The notes under the pieces were generated by a model, which was not told the origin of the DNA, made no database searches, and was given only the letters and a program-made list of their open reading frames with translations. From Vezdaea acicularis (Eukaryota): a DNA stretch of 55,128 nucleotides. The DNA lies in assembly GCA_026025075.1 (NCBI GenBank), contig JAPEUI010000051.1, forward strand, positions 62,001-117,128, in the 5' to 3' direction. The position numbers and the translations under genes are program-made. Of this stretch, positions 50,835 through 55,128 are shown piece by piece; the first letter of the stretch is position 1; every line of letters begins with the position of its first letter.

Positions 50835-53800
50835 CTAGAAGCAATTGAGGGTACCCTTCTTCTTCTTCTTATTAATAGCGTTCATGCGCTCCTCGAGATG
50901 GGTACGCGCGGCCTCGGCCTGCTTTCGTTTATTGCGCTCCTCCTCGACGGCCTGCATGCTGAAGCGGCTGCTCTTCTGCGTGTTCTTGAGGCCCTCGATC
51001 TCGTCCTCGTACGACCACGCCTTCTTCTTCCAGTGCTCGAGATCTTCCTTTACTTTCTTGCCCTGCGTCTCCAGGTCCACCAGCGCCTCTTCCAGCGTCG
51101 ATGTCAGTTGCTTCTCGGCGAATAGGTGCTTCTCGATCGTGCGGATGCGCGCTTCTTGGTCTTCGGCCAGTTGCGAGCCGGCGAGGTCTTTGCTGGGGTG
51201 CCGCGAGCCAGTGGGTGTCCCGGGCGGTTGGGAACCGCCGCCGGGCATGGTGTTGGGGAGAGGTGGCAAGGGAATAGCTGGGGGAGGGGAGGGAAGGGAA
51301 GCAACGGAGGCGCTTTTGCGGAGGTTGGACGTTATAGAGCTGGAGCGTTGGCGGCCGCCTTCTTCACCGGTGCCGTTGGGCTGGTCGTCGGACATCTTAG
51401 ACTGAGGCTTATTAGAAAGGGGGAAGACTGATGGAGAGGTAAAACTAAGACATACCTGGAGCCTGGCGATCTCTGCTCTCAGCTCTTCGAGTTCAATCTC
51501 GGCTTGCTGCCGCTTGGCGTGCGCTTCCTCGACCTGGACACTGCTGTGTGCCTCCAGCGCCGACAGGCGCTTGTTCGCCGCCACGTGCTGATCAAAGTTC
51601 GCGGAAAGCTGTTCTTCCAACTCGTCGACAAGGCGCGCGCTCTTCTTGTTCTGCTCGTTGAGTCTTTCAATCTCCTTGAGGGAGTCGGCGTTGATGGTAG
51701 AAAGCTCCTTAATAGAGGCCTTGTTCTTCTCCATCTCTGCGTTTATCGCGCCGAGCTGCTCCTTGTTTCCATGGAACAGCTTTCGCGCTTCGTCGCGTTC
51801 CTCGACGATCGCTTGGATCTGGGTCTGGAAGCTGCTCACGTGGACAGGCTCTCCGAGCGTGGCCGAGGCGCCTGCGAGCAGGTCGTTGAGCTCGCTCTTC
51901 GTGACATCCAGCTCCGACTCGAGCGAGGTCACCTTTTTGAGATGGCCGGAAAGCACAGCTTTGTGGTTGGACTGCATCTCCGAGAGGTCCCTCGCATTGG
52001 ATTCTTGCAAGGATTTCAAGCCCTTCTCATGTGCAATGATGGTCTCCTTGTGCTGTGTGAGTTGCTGTTCGAGCTGAGCCACCCTCAACCGATGAGCAGA
52101 CAGCTCCTGTTCGTTGGCAGCATTCGTCTGGTAGGCTTCCTCAAGCTGGCCCCGCACGCTACCATGAGCCTGTTCCAACTCCGCAGCCTTCTGTTGGTAA
52201 GTCAGCACGGTCGTCTTGTGCTGATCAATCTCCTTTTGCAGAGAAGCTTTCTCCTCCTCAAACTCAATTCCCCTGCTTTGGCCAGCTTCATCAGCTTCTG
52301 CGGATCGCTGAGCCCGGTGGGCTACAACCTCGTCCATCTTCGATTCTAGCTCAGTAATCGTCGCGAGCAACTGCTGTTCCGAGGCATGCATGGATGCGAT
52401 TGTCGATTTGTGTCGATCCTCCCATTGGCTAAGTTCGTGCTCTAGCTGACTGATCTTCTGGTCAGAATCTGACCCACGGTCTTTGCCTTCCTTGTCCGTA
52501 CTGTTCATAAGGCTGTCGAGTTCGGCCAGGAGGTCTCGCTCACGCGCTGCGTGGTTTTCTTGCAGCGTCCGGATTTGGTGCTCGCTCTGAACCAGCTGGT
52601 CACGCATCGAAGAAACCACTGACATATCCATGGGAGAAGAGTTCTTCATGCTCGATCTCTCCCTAGTCAGGCCGGAGATGATAGTCATCTTCGTCTCCAT
52701 CTCCTTTTTGACGCTTGCAATGTCCGCTTCTAGTTCCTGGACGCGTTCCGACCGGGAATGAAGCTCATGCATCGCAGCGTTGAGGTTGAGCTCGAAGTTC
52801 TGCATGACATCTGGCTTATCCTCAAAGTTCTCAGTCGCGATATTTCGCAAGGATGCAAAAGACCGATGTGCACGGTCGATGATCATTACGTTCTGGCTTG
52901 ACTTTCGGCGTATGACAGGAGCCGTGGGCGAGGTCGGGCTCTGTAATTTTACCTTCTGAACCTCGGCTTTGAGTTCCTCGACGTAATCGAGCGTCTCGTT
53001 GTGCTGCTCCTCGAGCTCCGCATACTTCTCGGCCAGCGCGTTCATGTTGTCCTCCTTCTCCATATGCAGTCTTCTGAGATTCTCCATCTCCGCCGCAAGG
53101 GCCCCTTCTCTTCTCGCAACTCTGGCCAGGTCGCTTGAATTGGAAATTCTCCGGTTAATACCAGTCTCCGAAGCTTCTGTCGTATCTTGAGAAGCCCCAG
53201 CTGAGAACAATTCCGACGAGAGCGATCGCGAGGATGAGATATGTTCTCCATCCTTCACTTCGTCCATCCTCGCGTCCTCTAAAAAAGACGTAGGCCTCGT
53301 TGATGCAACGGAAGGCTGGGAGGGGTGCCGTGCTTCATCCACGGTATCTTGAAGTTCGGCAAGGGTGCGAAGTGCCTCTTCGTATTTTGCTGCGAGCAGG
53401 TCGTAGTCGTTACGGGTGTTCTCATGATCGACCCGTAACTCGAACAGCTCTTGCGTGACATTTTCGAGTTTGTCTTGGACAAATTTGGACTGGGCGGGGC
53501 TTTGCGGAGGGTATTCCTTGTCGGCAGAAGGCTTACTCAGCCGATCTGATTTCTTGTGCTCAGGGCTGATCGTCGGGGCTCTCTCGCCAGATTGCTCCTC
53601 CTCATCCTCCGACTCATGAGCGTCTCCGTTGATGCTCTTAGCCTTCTCTTCTGCGTTGTGGAAGTCTTGACTCGAACCAGTGCTTCTCTTGCCATTAACG
53701 ATAGTCTCCTCCTCGTCGACCTTCTTGTCGTCTTGTTGGATATGGTCAAGCTCGTATAGTAGATTGTCGAGCTTCCCAAGGCTCCTCTGGCGTTCGACGA

Positions 53801-55128
53801 CATGTTCGAGGCGGTCAATCTCACGTTGCATCAGCTCGACATCCTGGTCAGCTTCTGCGAGGCGCTCCTCAAGGGTCGAGATGTAGTCCTCGCAGCTCGC
53901 TTCATTCTCCCTCACACGGGCAATCTCTTTCCGCAGCTCAATGACAATTGCAGCATTCTTCTCTTCTCCAGATGTATGTCCATCAAGCTTGGCTTCAAGA
54001 TCATGAAGGTAGTTCTCGGTGCTCGATTCGCGATCCATCATCTTGTGTACGCGAGCCTGCAGTTGCTGGTTCACAGTTTCGATGTAGGCACACTTCGTCT
54101 CCTTCTCGAGGAGACTACTCTCAGTCGCAGAGAGGGAGCTTCGAGTGCTCGAGAGAGATGTCTCGAGACTTTCGATGGTCTTTTCGTATTCCATGACGAC
54201 CTTTTCGACGGCCTCTGCGAACGCGTTCGACCGCTTCAGCCTCTCGACCGCGCTATCTTCATGGCCCTCGGTGGAAGAATCGTCGTCTTCAACATCTCTC
54301 GCCTTGGCAATCTCGGAGATGAGCTTCGCGTGCCGCTGGCTGAGAGCTCCATAGCTTTCCTGGACATCCAATAGTCGGTTCTGGAGCTCAATCTCCTTTT
54401 CGTTTTGCCGTTCGGCCCGTTCTTGTGGTACGTTGCTCCGTCTCTCGGTTCGCTCCGAGTTCCGGATCTGCTCCCTGAGGAAGGCGACCTCCGCGCGAAG
54501 GCGCTCGATGAGGGCAACCTTATCTCCATCGTCCTGCACTTGTTGTATTTGGGGTTTGCTCTGGATGGCACGGGCTCTTTGAGCATACTACACATGGTTA
54601 GTAGAGGAATTGAGAGAGAGAGAGAGATAGTCAAGTGCAGTACCTGGACAGTGTTGAGCGTTTCGCTTAGATGGAACTCGGCGGGTGTAACGCAAGCAAT
54701 CATGTATGTGATGGCATTCCCACCCAGCGAGTCCTGCAGGAGACGCGTAAGCTTCGAGTCACGATACGAGACGTGAGAACCGCCCGAGCGCGTCGAAAGC
54801 TGCGAGATGACCTTGCCCAGACTTGCAAGACCAGCATTGATGGAAATACCCTCTTTGGCCCTCTCACCCTGAGCACCTGTATTCTTCAGTCTCTCACTAC
54901 CAGCAAGATCGACAAAGTGAAGTTTGCTGTCGACGGTAATCATATGTTCCGCTCCGGTCATTGCCTCCAAGGGGACAGAGAATCGCTTGTCGGCTGCGGG
55001 CGTGGTCTGGTTCTTGTTCTTCCGCTGAACGAGGTTCAGACTGAAGACGGCATGTGAGCGGGAGGATTTGGCATTGATTGCCGTCGCATCAGTCTGTCGA
55101 ATGGTAGAACCAAAATTCAAGGCCGCCA
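50835..55128 (-). CDS. Kinesin-4 family (chromokinesin-like) motor, 5' part outside window
   Basis: Switch [12 protein letters not shown], switch [40 protein letters not shown], then a long coiled-coil tail. Introns 54643-54588 and 51455-51402. Confidence 0.92.

Noticed and set aside
50490..51125. 211-aa plus-strand ORF
   Set aside because: Purine-rich low-complexity antisense of the kinesin 3' end and UTR, with a non-ATG start.
50845..55057. Long plus-strand ORFs opposite the kinesin (and similar ones opposite aldA and GDE1)
   Set aside because: Antisense shadows caused by codon bias of the real genes.
1..55128. CRISPR arrays, transposons, prokaryotic defence systems, secondary-metabolite cluster
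   Set aside because: The sequence is eukaryotic, with no repeat-spacer arrays, transposase or RT motifs, terminal repeats or backbone synthases visible.

Overview
Gene-dense, intron-containing fungal DNA, most consistent with a filamentous ascomycete (Pezizomycotina): short GT-AG introns with CTRAC/CTAAT branch sites and recognisable fungal orthologs. I can support 18 protein-coding genes: a GRF zinc-finger protein (partial), an MFS sugar porter, GDE1, DAD1, RHO4, an LCB3-type sphingoid-base phosphate phosphatase, POP4, a secreted Cys-rich protein, an aldehyde dehydrogenase, RPL26, a large low-complexity C2H2 protein, a small 4-Cys protein that the ORF track splits, a Zn2Cys6 transcription factor, YRA1, TMA46, PPS1, a pyridoxamine-5'-phosphate-oxidase-like protein and a kinesin-4 (partial). 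I saw no tRNA, rRNA, CRISPR array or transposon. The strongest unexplained signal is in the 983-nt YRA1 intron. Two tandem perfect TACTAAC branch sites lie about 200 nt upstream of the productive 3' splice site and lead to premature stops. The sequence directly after them can form a 21-bp long-range helix with a segment about 400 nt upstream, which suggests an RNA-structure splicing switch. Also notable are a 4-nt micro-exon inside the GDE1 catalytic ExD motif, and the small 4-Cys gene facing the Zn2Cys6 gene across about 7 kb of non-coding DNA. All gene models were built by eye and no database searches were run.
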